Shown: piece after piece, positions 1-9,709 of the stretch | How positions within the stretch are numbered: the stretch's first letter is position 1 | Layout: each line of letters begins with the position of its first letter | From: Nitrospirota bacterium | Lineage (GTDB): Bacteria > Nitrospirota > Thermodesulfovibrionia > Thermodesulfovibrionales > Dissulfurispiraceae | Direction of reading: 5' to 3' | Assembly (NCBI GenBank): GCA_040758355.1 | Contig: JBFLWF010000032.1 | Coordinates: forward strand, 1-23,484 | Length of the DNA stretch: 23,484 nt | The notes under the pieces: model-generated | Databases searched by the model: none | Seen by the model: only the letters and a program-made list of their open reading frames with translations | What the model was told of the DNA's origin: nothing | Program-made: the position numbers and the translations under genes

Positions 1-127
1 GCTGGCATCTTATAACCCCAAAGGAAAGGAGGTCATCAATAAAAATAAAAAAGCTGCCTAATTCTTATAGCTGCAGACCGGACAGTTTATGTGCTCTATA
101 ACCGGACAATTCTATTTGTTGACAACA
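1..127 (+). mobile_element. Right end of an IS1202/ISNCY-like insertion sequence
   Basis: Ends in ...TTGTTGACAACA (5'-TGT on the other strand), with two internal repeats 24 bp apart: ACCGGACAgTTTAT (77-90) and ACCGGACAaTTCTAT (101-115). This is the multi-repeat TGT-end architecture of IS1202/IS481/IS21-type elements. Confidence 0.6.
2..61 (+). CDS. C-terminal fragment of a probable IS1202/ISNCY-like transposase (runs off the window start)
   Basis: Open frame ...LASYNPKGKEVINKNKKAA* ends with TAA at 59-61, just before an IS-type end. Only 19 codons are visible. Confidence 0.45.
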   Translation: MASYNPKGKEVINKNKKAA

Positions 128-1499
128 GTCTTTTCTGCAAATTCTCATCAGGGCTTTATTCTCAAAGGTTTTCATTGATACGATTATGCCGCAACCCTTT
201 GCCCTCTTGATGTGCGAATCCTGGTAAGGATTGCCTTTGCCTCCTTGGTCATGCTCACCCCATTCCATTTGAGTTCTTTGAGTTGCCAGTAAACCATGGT
301 AAGCCCACGCTCCTCATTCTGAAACCGGCCCGCCACCTTTACTCTTCTCTTCACCTCTTTGAAACTTCTCTCCACTATATTGGTCGTCCGTATTCTGAGC
401 CAGTGCTGGTAAGGATATTTGTAATAGGTCAGACAGTCTTCTATGTTTTCGGTCAGGCATTCTACTGCCGAAGGATACTTCATGCTCCACTTCTTCTTGA
501 ACAGTTCTACGGCCTCTTTTGCGTGCTCATAGGTCGAGGCATAAAATACCTTTCTCACTGATTCCTTCACCGATGCCTTGTCCTGCTCCAGCACTTTATC
601 CAACACATTTTCAGTCCTATGCTTGGTGCAACGCTGTTTGTCCGATTCAGGGAAGACTTCATCCACCGCCTTGATAAGACCGGGGCAACCGTCTATAACC
701 GTGAGCATCGGCTCTCTCATGCCCCTCTTTGTAAGGTCCTCCAGAAAACCCTTCCAGGCATTATATGATTCACTGTTGCCAAGGGATACGCTCACAAGCT
801 CCCTGCTGCCGTCCTCCAAAAACGCCCAGGCCACCAGCACCGCCTCTTTCTCCCTTGTCCCGCCACGTACCCCCACACGTACTCCGTCGAGGACAAGATA
901 AACCACCTGCAGCATCGATAAGTCCCTCTCTTTCCATGCCTTGAACTCCTCGACAATCCTGCCGCTAATCCTCAGGACATTCTGATGACTCAGGCCTTTC
1001 TTGCCTATGAGCTTACCCACCGCTTTTTTGACTTTCCTGCTTGATAGGCCGTTCATGTACAAAAGAGGAATGATTTCCTGTATTTCATCCATTTGCGTCA
1101 CACGCGGTGGCAGTATCAGGGAATGAAATGGTCCACCGGCGTTTCTTACCTGCGGCATCTGTAGCCCTATATCGCCACTGCCGATCTTCACGGTTCTGGG
1201 TTTAGACCCACTACGGCTTCCCTTTGCTCCGATAGTCCTCTCGTAATAGTCCCTCTGTAGATAGGTCGTCACTTCTTCTTCCAACGCTGACTGTAACATC
1301 ATCCTCGCCCCAATCTTCGTCAACTCCGTCAGGGTCGGCATCTCCATAATCTCCTGTACTCCATCCTCAATGACTTTTTTCGCCTTCTTTGATAAACTCT
1401 TCTTCATGGGTATAATTCTCCTTTCTCTCCTTGAGAGATTGTTTTTTACCTTGAGAATTATACCCTGATTCATATTTGCAGAATTCATCTTACACTATC
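128..1499 (-). mobile_element. IS256-family insertion sequence with the tip of its downstream IR missing
   Basis: The upstream IR reads GATAGTGTAAGATGAATTCTGCAAATATGAATCAGGGTATAATTCTCAAGG on the minus strand from 1499. It matches TTCTGCAAATTCTCATCAGGGCTTTATTCTCAAAGG at 133-168. The two enclose an IS256 transposase. Confidence 0.85.
184..1407 (-). CDS. IS256-family (Mutator-type) DDE transposase
   Basis: Motifs LYMNGLSSRKV, YLVLDG, LTVIDGCPGL, QRCTKH and IRTTNIVERSFKEVKRR. Start placed at ATG 1407 behind a GGAGAA RBS rather than the ORF-track start at 1488. Confidence 0.93.
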   Translation of the reverse strand: MKKSLSKKAKKVIEDGVQEIMEMPTLTELTKIGARMMLQSALEEEVTTYLQRDYYERTIGAKGSRSGSKPRTVKIGSGDIGLQMPQVRNAGGPFHSLILPPRVTQMDEIQEIIPLLYMNGLSSRKVKKAVGKLIGKKGLSHQNVLRISGRIVEEFKAWKERDLSMLQVVYLVLDGVRVGVRGGTREKEAVLVAWAFLEDGSRELVSVSLGNSESYNAWKGFLEDLTKRGMREPMLTVIDGCPGLIKAVDEVFPESDKQRCTKHRTENVLDKVLEQDKASVKESVRKVFYASTYEHAKEAVELFKKKWSMKYPSAVECLTENIEDCLTYYKYPYQHWLRIRTTNIVERSFKEVKRRVKVAGRFQNEERGLTMVYWQLKELKWNGVSMTKEAKAILTRIRTSRGQRVAA

Positions 1500-1524
1500 C
1501 GCCGTTGCCAAACGGAGATTTTCC

Positions 1525-2343
1525 ATGAGAAACATAAAACTGACGCTTCAGTACGACGGCACAAATTACAACGGCTGGCAGATACAGCCCGCCGAGATTG
1601 CAGATTGCAGATTGCAGATTGCAGATTGCAAAAAACAAAAAAGCATCATTACAATTCAGGGAGTTGTTCAAGAGGCAATTAAAAAAATAACAGGCGAAGA
1701 CGCGAAAGTCATCGGTGCTGGAAGAACAGATGCAGGAGTGCATGCCATAGGGCAGGTGGCATCGTTTAAGACATCGTCAGGGCTTTCGTCGGATGTTATC
1801 AAAAGGGCATTGAATGCCAATCTACCCGACGACATAAGGATATTGGATGCATTCGATGCGGAGACCGATTTTCATCCCAGATACGATGCAAAAAGCAAGA
1901 TCTATGTTTATGTTATTTCCAATTCCACTGTCATCTCTCCATTTCTATACCGATATGCATGGAGGGTCCCGCACAAATTGCATTTTGAAGATATGTGCAA
2001 TGCCATAGAGTTTATAAGGGGCAGACATGATTTCTCTGCATTCAGGGCAAGCGGCTGCAGCGCAAAAAATCCTGTGAGGACTGTCTTCAATATCGCGATG
2101 GAGAGATTTGATGCCATTCACTTCATGGACATACTTTTCCCCGGCAACTTTTTAAAGGTATGCATAGAAGCCGATGCCTTTTTAAGACACATGGTGAGGA
2201 ATATTGTTGGAACTATCATCGAGATTGGAAAGGGAAAGACGAAATCCGAAGAGATAAGGGAGATTATTAATTCTAAAGACAGAAGGCTTGCCGGCCCGAC
2301 AGCTCCAGCAAGGGGATTATTCCTCGAAAAGATAAACTATTAG
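1525..2343 (+). CDS. truA: tRNA pseudouridine(38-40) synthase TruA
   Basis: YDGTNYNGWQ, GAGRTDAGVHA (catalytic Asp), HDFSAF, FLRHMVRNIVG, TAPARGLFL. GGAG RBS. Confidence 0.97.
   Translation: MRNIKLTLQYDGTNYNGWQIQPAEIADCRLQIADCKKQKSIITIQGVVQEAIKKITGEDAKVIGAGRTDAGVHAIGQVASFKTSSGLSSDVIKRALNANLPDDIRILDAFDAETDFHPRYDAKSKIYVYVISNSTVISPFLYRYAWRVPHKLHFEDMCNAIEFIRGRHDFSAFRASGCSAKNPVRTVFNIAMERFDAIHFMDILFPGNFLKVCIEADAFLRHMVRNIVGTIIEIGKGKTKSEEIREIINSKDRRLAGPTAPARGLFLEKINY
1595..1642 (+). repeat. Heptamer tandem repeat (AGATTGC)x5 plus (CAAAAAA)x2 inside truA
   Basis: Five perfect AGATTGC units at 1595-1629, translated EIADCRLQIADCKKQK. Confidence 0.95.
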
Positions 2344-2346
2344 TCT

Positions 2347-3030
2347 TTATACTTCTTCTCTTTCTATCTTCTCCATCAATTCTTTTCTTTCCTGACAGTC
2401 CCTGCAGTAAATGGCGAAAGGCATGATCTTCAAACGTTCCTCGCTTATCTCATCCCCGCATTCTTCGCATACGCCGTATGTGTCGTCTGCAAGTTTGCGC
2501 AGGGCAGCATCTATCTTAATGAGCGTTTCCCTGTGTGTACTCAACTGCTTGAGGCTTATGTCTTCCGAAAGATCGACAACTGAGAGGTCTCCGTCATCCA
2601 TGACGGTCTCCACAAGCTGCTTCCTTTCGCCTGACTTGAATTTCTTAATCTCGGACTTGGCCTCTCTGACAATATCCTCTCTTTTCTGTATAAGTAATTT
2701 TCTGAGCCTTTCTTTTCTTGCTTTTTCGTCTTCAACAACAGGCATTTCCTTTAGTTTAGCCCCTGTTTTCGGCTTTGGCTGTATTTTCTTCTGTTTTGGC
2801 TGTTTGGGCATTCCTTTTTTCTCCGTCTTTGTTTTTGATTTCGGCTTCGCTTTCGGCTGCGTCTTCACCTTTGTCTTTGCCTTCGATTCTTCTTTCTTAG
2901 ACACTTTCGGCTTTTTCTCCAGCTTCTTTACTGCCTTTTGCTTGGTCTCGGGCTTAGTCTTAGACCTTGTCTTTGTTTTAGGCTTTGGCTCTGATTCCTT
3001 CTTAATTTTCTTCGGCATTTTCTTTGGCAT
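2347..3030 (-). CDS. dksA: DksA/TraR C4-type zinc-finger protein with a long Lys/Pro-rich N-terminal extension
   Basis: C-terminal YGVCEECGDEISEERL...PFAIYCRDC zinc finger, coiled coil with a DDGDLS tip, and a ~95-aa K/P/T-rich N-terminus. GAGGAG RBS. Confidence 0.85.
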   Translation of the reverse strand: MPKKMPKKIKKESEPKPKTKTRSKTKPETKQKAVKKLEKKPKVSKKEESKAKTKVKTQPKAKPKSKTKTEKKGMPKQPKQKKIQPKPKTGAKLKEMPVVEDEKARKERLRKLLIQKREDIVREAKSEIKKFKSGERKQLVETVMDDGDLSVVDLSEDISLKQLSTHRETLIKIDAALRKLADDTYGVCEECGDEISEERLKIMPFAIYCRDCQERKELMEKIEREEV

Positions 3031-3164
3031 TATTCCTCCTCTACTGCTTCCTTAAAAACCTCTATGATGCTTCTGACCTTAATGCCTGCCTGCTCGAGTG
3101 CCTTCTGAACATCCATAAGTTTCGCATCGGTTACCTTCACGATATAATTGCTGTTTGTAGCCAT
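3030..3164 (-). CDS. Small 44-aa hypothetical protein (below the ORF-track cutoff)
   Basis: GGAGGT-6nt-ATG; MATNSNYIVKVTDAKLMDVQKALEQAGIKVRSIIEVFKEAVEEE*. The stop overlaps the dksA start (TAATG). Confidence 0.8.
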   Translation of the reverse strand: MATNSNYIVKVTDAKLMDVQKALEQAGIKVRSIIEVFKEAVEEE

Positions 3165-3175
3165 ATATTTACCTC

Positions 3176-3196
3176 CTTAACTCTTAACTCTGAACT
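3176..3196. repeat. Heptamer repeat CTTAACT/CTTAACT/CTGAACT between frr and the small ORF
   Basis: Read directly from the sequence. Confidence 0.7.
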
Positions 3197-3199
3197 AAT

Positions 3200-3754
3200 T
3201 TATACTTCCATTATCTCTTTTTCCTTGTGCTGAAGGACTTCTTCGACCTTTGCTATATGCGAGTCGGTAATCTTCTGGATCTCATCCTGAAGCCTTTTAA
3301 CATCGTCCTCGCTGAGGTGCTGCTCCTTTTCAGACTTCTTAATCTCGTCATTTATGTCCCTTCTTATATTCCTGACGGCAACCCGTGCTTCCTCTGCCCT
3401 CTTTTTTGCAACCTTTACCAGTTCCTTTCTCCTTTCCTCTGTAAGGGGCGGTATATTAAGCCTTATGACCTTCCCATCATTGGTGGGAGTCAGCCCGAGA
3501 CCGGATTTAAGTATGGCCTTTTCTATCTCCGGAATGAGTTTCTGCTCCCATGGCTGGATAGTTATCTGTCTGGGATCCGGTATGCCGAGCGTTGCGACCT
3601 GATTAAGTGGCGTGGATGTCCCGTAATAATCCACGGCTATTCCATCCAGTAGCGAAAGGGATGCCCTTCCTGTCCTTATAGCGGCAAAGTCCTTTTTCAA
3701 TGCATCTACGGCCCCGTTCATTCTGTCCGTAGCCTTTTTCTTAAACTCTTGCAT
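3200..3754 (-). CDS. frr: Ribosome recycling factor
   Basis: [33 protein letters not shown]. Follows pyrH. Confidence 0.98.
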   Translation of the reverse strand: MQEFKKKATDRMNGAVDALKKDFAAIRTGRASLSLLDGIAVDYYGTSTPLNQVATLGIPDPRQITIQPWEQKLIPEIEKAILKSGLGLTPTNDGKVIRLNIPPLTEERRKELVKVAKKRAEEARVAVRNIRRDINDEIKKSEKEQHLSEDDVKRLQDEIQKITDSHIAKVEEVLQHKEKEIMEV

Positions 3755-3774
3755 CTTATCACCCCGCCAGAGAT

Positions 3775-5210
<1,436 letters not shown>

Positions 5211-5214
<4 letters not shown>

Positions 5215-5969
5215 TCTGCCATCTCCTCCTGCATGATTTTTTCTTCTATCGCTCCCTTTTCGGTTTCCTCTTCTGCGGACTTGGCGAGCACTCCCTTGCC
5301 TTCAAGGACTGCATCGGCCATCTTGGATGCAAGAAGCTTGATAGCCCTTATTGCATCGTCGTTGCCCGGGATAACATAGTCTGCATCGTCGGGGTCGCAA
5401 TTGGTATCCACAACAGCCACCACGGGTATGGAGAGCCTTCTGGCCTCTGCAACGGTAATCTTTTCTTTCTTAGGGTCTATGATAAAGATAGCACCGGGCA
5501 GATTTGTCATATCCTTTATTCCTGCCAGATTCTTCTCCAGTTTAATCCTTTCCTTCTCGAGTTGTGCCACTTCCTTTTTTGTAAGGACATTGTATGTGCC
5601 GTCTTCCTTCATTGCTTCGATCTTTTTGAACCTCTCTATGCTCCGCCTTACTGTTGAGAAGTTTGTAAGCATGCCGCCGAGCCATCTATTATTCACATAA
5701 AATGCGCCTGCCCTCTGGGCCTCCTCTGCTACGGAGTCCTGTGCCTGCTTCTTTGTGCCGACGAAGAGTACGGGTGCGCCTGTGGATGCCATGTTCCTGA
5801 CAAAGTTGTATGCCTCCTCCACTCCTTTCAATGTCTTTTGAAGATCGACAATGTGAATACCGTTCCTCTCTCCAAAGATGAATTTTTTCATCTTCGGATT
5901 CCATCTCTTTACCTGATGTCCAAAATGGACACCAGACTCCAGCAACTCCTTCATAGTTACAACAGCCAT
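5211..5969 (-). CDS. rpsB: 30S ribosomal protein S2
   Basis: [50 protein letters not shown]. Confidence 0.99.
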
Positions 5970-5974
5970 ACTTC

Positions 5975-6076
5975 CTCCTTATGGTTTTTCCTCCGCCCGG
6001 TTCTCTTAAACCCATAACAACAGCAATGCTGCGGTTATGAGACCATTAGAGAACCTTTTCAGGCGTGTGTTTTTAG
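5975..6076 (-). ncRNA. rpsB 5' leader (t44/S2-leader-like autoregulatory RNA)
   Basis: Minus strand reads AAAACACACGCC...long hairpin (GGTTCTCT...AGAGAACC)...GGGCGGAGGAAAAACC, between the promoter and the rpsB RBS. Confidence 0.65.
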
Positions 6077-6082
6077 CTGATA

Positions 6083-6112
6083 AAGATAGCACAAATGCCC
6101 TTTATTTTTCAA
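6083..6112 (-). promoter_or_regulatory. sigma70-type promoter of the rpsB operon
   Basis: TTGAAA-18nt-TATCTT with an extended -10 TG. Confidence 0.55.
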
Positions 6113-6150
6113 ATTCCAAATCCGAATTTCGAAATTCGAATTTAGGATTT
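6111..6150. repeat. Heptamer-periodic palindrome at the cysK 3' end (possible terminator or REP-like element)
   Basis: AAATTCC AAATCCG AATTTCG AAATTCG AATTTAG GATTT, with a perfect 16-bp palindromic core CGAATTTCGAAATTCG. Confidence 0.7.
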
Positions 6151-7079
6151 CATATTCCTTCTGGTAAGAACAAGCCTGTGCTCAAATACCTGTCTCCCCT
6201 GTCCGGGAATATAACAACCAGTTTTTTGTTCTTCCCAAGCCTCTCTGCTGCCTTCATGGCAGCCCACATTGCAGCGCCAGATGATATGCCTGCGAGTATT
6301 CCTTCCTTTAAAGCCAGTTGTTTTGTCGTGTTTGCGGCATCCTCGTCCGTTACGGGTATCACTTCGTTGTATATCTTTGTATTTAAAACCCCCGGATAAA
6401 AGCCGGCGCCTATGCCTGCAATCTTGTGTTTCCCCGGATTTCCGCCAGACAGGACAGGAGAGTATGCAGGCTCCACTGCAGCTATCCATATATCAGGGTT
6501 CTTTTCCCTTAATGCCTCGCCCGTACCGGTTATAGTCCCTCCTGTTCCAACTCCGGCCACAAAGGCATCGGGCACACAGCCAAGGTCATTGATTATCTCG
6601 AGGGCGGTTGTCCGCCTGTGCATTTCCGGGTTCGCCTTGTTCTCAAACTGTTGGGGCATGAAAAAATCAGGATTGTCTCTGAATATCTCCTCTGCCCTTT
6701 CCACTGCCCCCATCATGCCTTTATCACCGGGTGTCAATATAAGCTCGGCCCCAAATGCCTGCAGCAACTGCCTCCTCTCCATGGACATGGTCTCTGGCAT
6801 TGTGAGGATGAGCCTGTATCCCTTGACAGCAGCCACCATTGCAAGGCCGATGCCGGTATTTCCGCTTGTGGGTTCAACAATAGTGCCGCCTTTGTGCAGC
6901 TTGCCTTCCCTTTCTGCTGCCTCTATCATTGAAAGGGCTATCCTGTCCTTGACAGAGCCTCCGGGGTTAAAACCCTCAAGCTTTGCCCATATCCCGGCAC
7001 TATTTGCCGAAACCATCCTGTTGATCCTGACCATCGGCGTATTGCCGATAAGACTCAGGATATTTTCATGCAGTTTCAT
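6150..7079 (-). CDS. cysK: Cysteine synthase A (O-acetylserine sulfhydrylase)
   Basis: IGNTP, NPGGSVKDR (PLP Lys), EPTSGNTG, GVGTGGT, GISSGA, FPDRGDRYLST. GGAGG RBS. Confidence 0.95.
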   Translation of the reverse strand: MKLHENILSLIGNTPMVRINRMVSANSAGIWAKLEGFNPGGSVKDRIALSMIEAAEREGKLHKGGTIVEPTSGNTGIGLAMVAAVKGYRLILTMPETMSMERRQLLQAFGAELILTPGDKGMMGAVERAEEIFRDNPDFFMPQQFENKANPEMHRRTTALEIINDLGCVPDAFVAGVGTGGTITGTGEALREKNPDIWIAAVEPAYSPVLSGGNPGKHKIAGIGAGFYPGVLNTKIYNEVIPVTDEDAANTTKQLALKEGILAGISSGAAMWAAMKAAERLGKNKKLVVIFPDRGDRYLSTGLFLPEGI

Positions 7080-7138
7080 AAAACCTCCATGTATTTCTTC
7101 TGGTAAATGATAAATATTTAATGCTAAAATTGCAAATT

Positions 7139-7996
7139 ATGATAAGCTTGGGTTTTTCGCCCTGTCCCAATGACACCTTTATCTTTTATGCCCTTGCTAA
7201 TAAACGGATAGACCTGAAAGGTCTCGATTTCAGCCTCCTCATCGAGGACGTGGAGACACTGAACCAGCTTGCAATGAAAAGGGCTGTCGATGTCACAAAG
7301 ATATCATGCCATGCCTTTTATTATTTGCAGGAAGATTACCACTTTCTGAGAGCAGGAGGGGCATTCGGCCGGGGATGCGGGCCGCTCTTAGTTCAGAAGC
7401 CGGAAGTCAGTCTACAAGACCCTGTGGGAAGTCAGAAGTCAGAAATAAAAAAAATAGCGATCCCAGGCGAACTTACAACCGCATTTCTTTTATTGAAACT
7501 CTTTATCTCAGCCACCAGCCATCAGCCATCAGCCATAAGTGCTCCGCAATTCATTGCTATGCCTTTCCATGAGATCATGGGTGCGGTCAGGGATGGGAAA
7601 GTGGATGCTGGCCTCATAATACATGAAAGCAGATTCACGTACCATGAATACGGACTTGCAAAGATCGTAGACCTTGGAGATTGGTGGGAAGAGGAGACAG
7701 GACTGCCCATACCGCTCGGAGGCATAATTGCAAAGAAATCCCTCGGCCTCCAGACCATTAAAACAATTGAATCCCTCATAAGGGCGAGTGTAGAATATTC
7801 CATGCTCCACAGGGAAGATGCCATGCTGTTTATCAAAAGGTATTCACAGGAATTATCAGATGATGTAATATTTAAGCACATATCCCTTTATGTCAACGAT
7901 TACTCCGTTGATATTGGCAATAAAGGGGAAGCCGCACTCGATGAATTGATGAAAAGGGCAAGGGGTATAAAAACGATTACAAACAAGGGAGAATGA
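7139..7996 (+). CDS. mqnD: 1,4-dihydroxy-6-naphthoate synthase (futalosine menaquinone pathway)
   Basis: LGFSPCPNDTF, DVETLN, GRGCGPL, AIPGELTTA, IIHESRFTY, DLGDWWEEETGLPIPLG, HISLYVN. Start could be 7139 or 7121. Confidence 0.93.
   Translation: MISLGFSPCPNDTFIFYALANKRIDLKGLDFSLLIEDVETLNQLAMKRAVDVTKISCHAFYYLQEDYHFLRAGGAFGRGCGPLLVQKPEVSLQDPVGSQKSEIKKIAIPGELTTAFLLLKLFISATSHQPSAISAPQFIAMPFHEIMGAVRDGKVDAGLIIHESRFTYHEYGLAKIVDLGDWWEEETGLPIPLGGIIAKKSLGLQTIKTIESLIRASVEYSMLHREDAMLFIKRYSQELSDDVIFKHISLYVNDYSVDIGNKGEAALDELMKRARGIKTITNKGE
7394..7446 (+). repeat. Degenerate heptamer repeats (C/G)RGAAGT inside mqnD
   Basis: CAGAAGC CGGAAGT CAG...GGGAAGT CAGAAGT CAGAAAT. Confidence 0.7.
7508..7535 (+). repeat. 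Heptamer repeat (YCAGCCA)x4 inside mqnD
   Basis: TCAGCCA CCAGCCA TCAGCCA TCAGCCA, translated SATSHQPSAIS. Confidence 0.9.
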
Positions 7997-9702
7997 CTAT
8001 GACAGTATCCATAAGCGAATTCATCAAAGAGCCGAAGATAGCGTATTTTTCCATGGAGATAGGCGTCAGGAGCGATATGCCCACATACAGCGGAGGCCTC
8101 GGCGTACTCGCGGGAGATACAATAAAATCCACAGCAGACCTGAACCTTCCGGTTGTTGCAGTGACCATCCTCACCAAAAAGGGATATTTCAAGCAGGATC
8201 TCGATATTTACGGCAGACAGACAGAGCTTCCGGATGAATGGGATCCGAATAATTTCATGACCCCGCTTAAAGAAAGGGTGAGCGTTTTTATAGAAGAAAG
8301 GGAAGTTTACATAGGCGCATGGCTTTATGTCGTGGAAAGCATGAGGGGGCCGAGGATTCCAATTTTATTCCTCGATACAGACCTGCCCGAGAATGCACCG
8401 GAGGACAGGGGGATTACGCATCACCTCTATGGAGGAGATCAAGCCTACAGGCTCAAACAGGAAATAGTCCTGGGCATAGGCGGTACAAGGATACTCGATG
8501 AACTGGGATTTGAAATAAAGAAGTATCACATGAATGAAGGCCATTCGGCATTACTAACCCTTGAGCTGCTGAAAAGATACAAAAGGGACATAGAAGAGGT
8601 GTGGGATGAGAGGCTTGTATGGGATGAGGAAAAGGTGAGAGGCCTCTGCGTATTCACGACACATACCCCGGTTGCAGCAGGACATGACAAATTTCCATAC
8701 GACCTCGTGCAAAGGACAATGTGCGAGATAATCCCTATAGATGTAGTAAAGGAATTGGCCGGCCATGAACACCTCAACATGACAATGCTCGCACTGAACC
8801 TCAGCAACTATATAAATGGAGTGGCCAAAAAGCATGGCGAGGTATCAAAGGGAATGTTCCCCGGCTACGAGATACATGCCATAACAAACGGAGTGCATTC
8901 TTTCACGTGGACATGCGACAGCATGAAAAGGCTCTATGACAAATACCTCCCCGGCTGGGCAAATGAGCCCGAAATATTCGTAAGGGTAGGCCGCATACCG
9001 GATGATGAATTGTGGGGGGCACACATGGAGGCGAAGAGGCATCTCATAGATCATGTTAACCGCGAAACACAGACGGGCATGAATTACGATACGCTTACCA
9101 TCGGTTTTGCACGCCGTGCAACTGCATACAAGAGGGCTGACCTGCTTTTTGCGGATATCGAAAGACTGTCGTATATCGGTGAAGGCAGGCTGCAGATAAT
9201 ATATGCAGGAAAGGCGCATCCGAGGGATGAATCGGGAAAGCAGCTTATACAGCACATATTCGAAATCAAAGAAAAGCTCAAAGACAAGATAAAAATCGCA
9301 TTTCTTAAAAATTACAATATGGAACTGGCATTGAAGCTCGTATCCGGCGTTGATGTGTGGCTCAATACGCCGTTGAGGCCACTCGAGGCATCGGGCACAA
9401 GCGGCATGAAGGCAACCCATAACGGTGTTCCAAATTTCAGTGTCCTTGACGGCTGGTGGATAGAGGGATGGATAGAAGGATACACAGGATGGGCAATCGG
9501 ACCTTCACCCGATGTGCCTGCGGATCCTGCAAGGGATGCAGATGATCTTTATTACAAACTGGAGACCGCCATCATCCCCACATTTTACAATGACAAACAC
9601 ACATGGCTCAGGATAATGCAGAATGCAATAGGAAAGAACGCATACTACTTCAACTCGCACAGGATGATGAGGAGATATGTAACAGAGGCTTATATCAGAT
9701 AG
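7993..9702 (+). CDS. glgP: Alpha-glucan (glycogen/starch) phosphorylase, compact 569-aa form
   Basis: AYFSME, YSGGLGVLAGD, HMNEGH, FTTHTPV.AGHD, ITNGVH, FARRATAYKR, EASGTSGMK (PLP Lys), SVLDGWW. Confidence 0.95.
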   Translation: MTMTVSISEFIKEPKIAYFSMEIGVRSDMPTYSGGLGVLAGDTIKSTADLNLPVVAVTILTKKGYFKQDLDIYGRQTELPDEWDPNNFMTPLKERVSVFIEEREVYIGAWLYVVESMRGPRIPILFLDTDLPENAPEDRGITHHLYGGDQAYRLKQEIVLGIGGTRILDELGFEIKKYHMNEGHSALLTLELLKRYKRDIEEVWDERLVWDEEKVRGLCVFTTHTPVAAGHDKFPYDLVQRTMCEIIPIDVVKELAGHEHLNMTMLALNLSNYINGVAKKHGEVSKGMFPGYEIHAITNGVHSFTWTCDSMKRLYDKYLPGWANEPEIFVRVGRIPDDELWGAHMEAKRHLIDHVNRETQTGMNYDTLTIGFARRATAYKRADLLFADIERLSYIGEGRLQIIYAGKAHPRDESGKQLIQHIFEIKEKLKDKIKIAFLKNYNMELALKLVSGVDVWLNTPLRPLEASGTSGMKATHNGVPNFSVLDGWWIEGWIEGYTGWAIGPSPDVPADPARDADDLYYKLETAIIPTFYNDKHTWLRIMQNAIGKNAYYFNSHRMMRRYVTEAYIR

Positions 9703-9709
9703 TTTATTT

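Noticed and set aside
1408..1488. N-terminal extension of the transposase (434-aa call)
   Set aside because: It starts inside the terminal IR. The ATG at 1407 has a proper RBS and gives a typical IS256 transposase length.
2411..3055. 214-aa Phe-rich plus-strand ORF
   Set aside because: It is the antisense shadow of the Lys-rich dksA gene.
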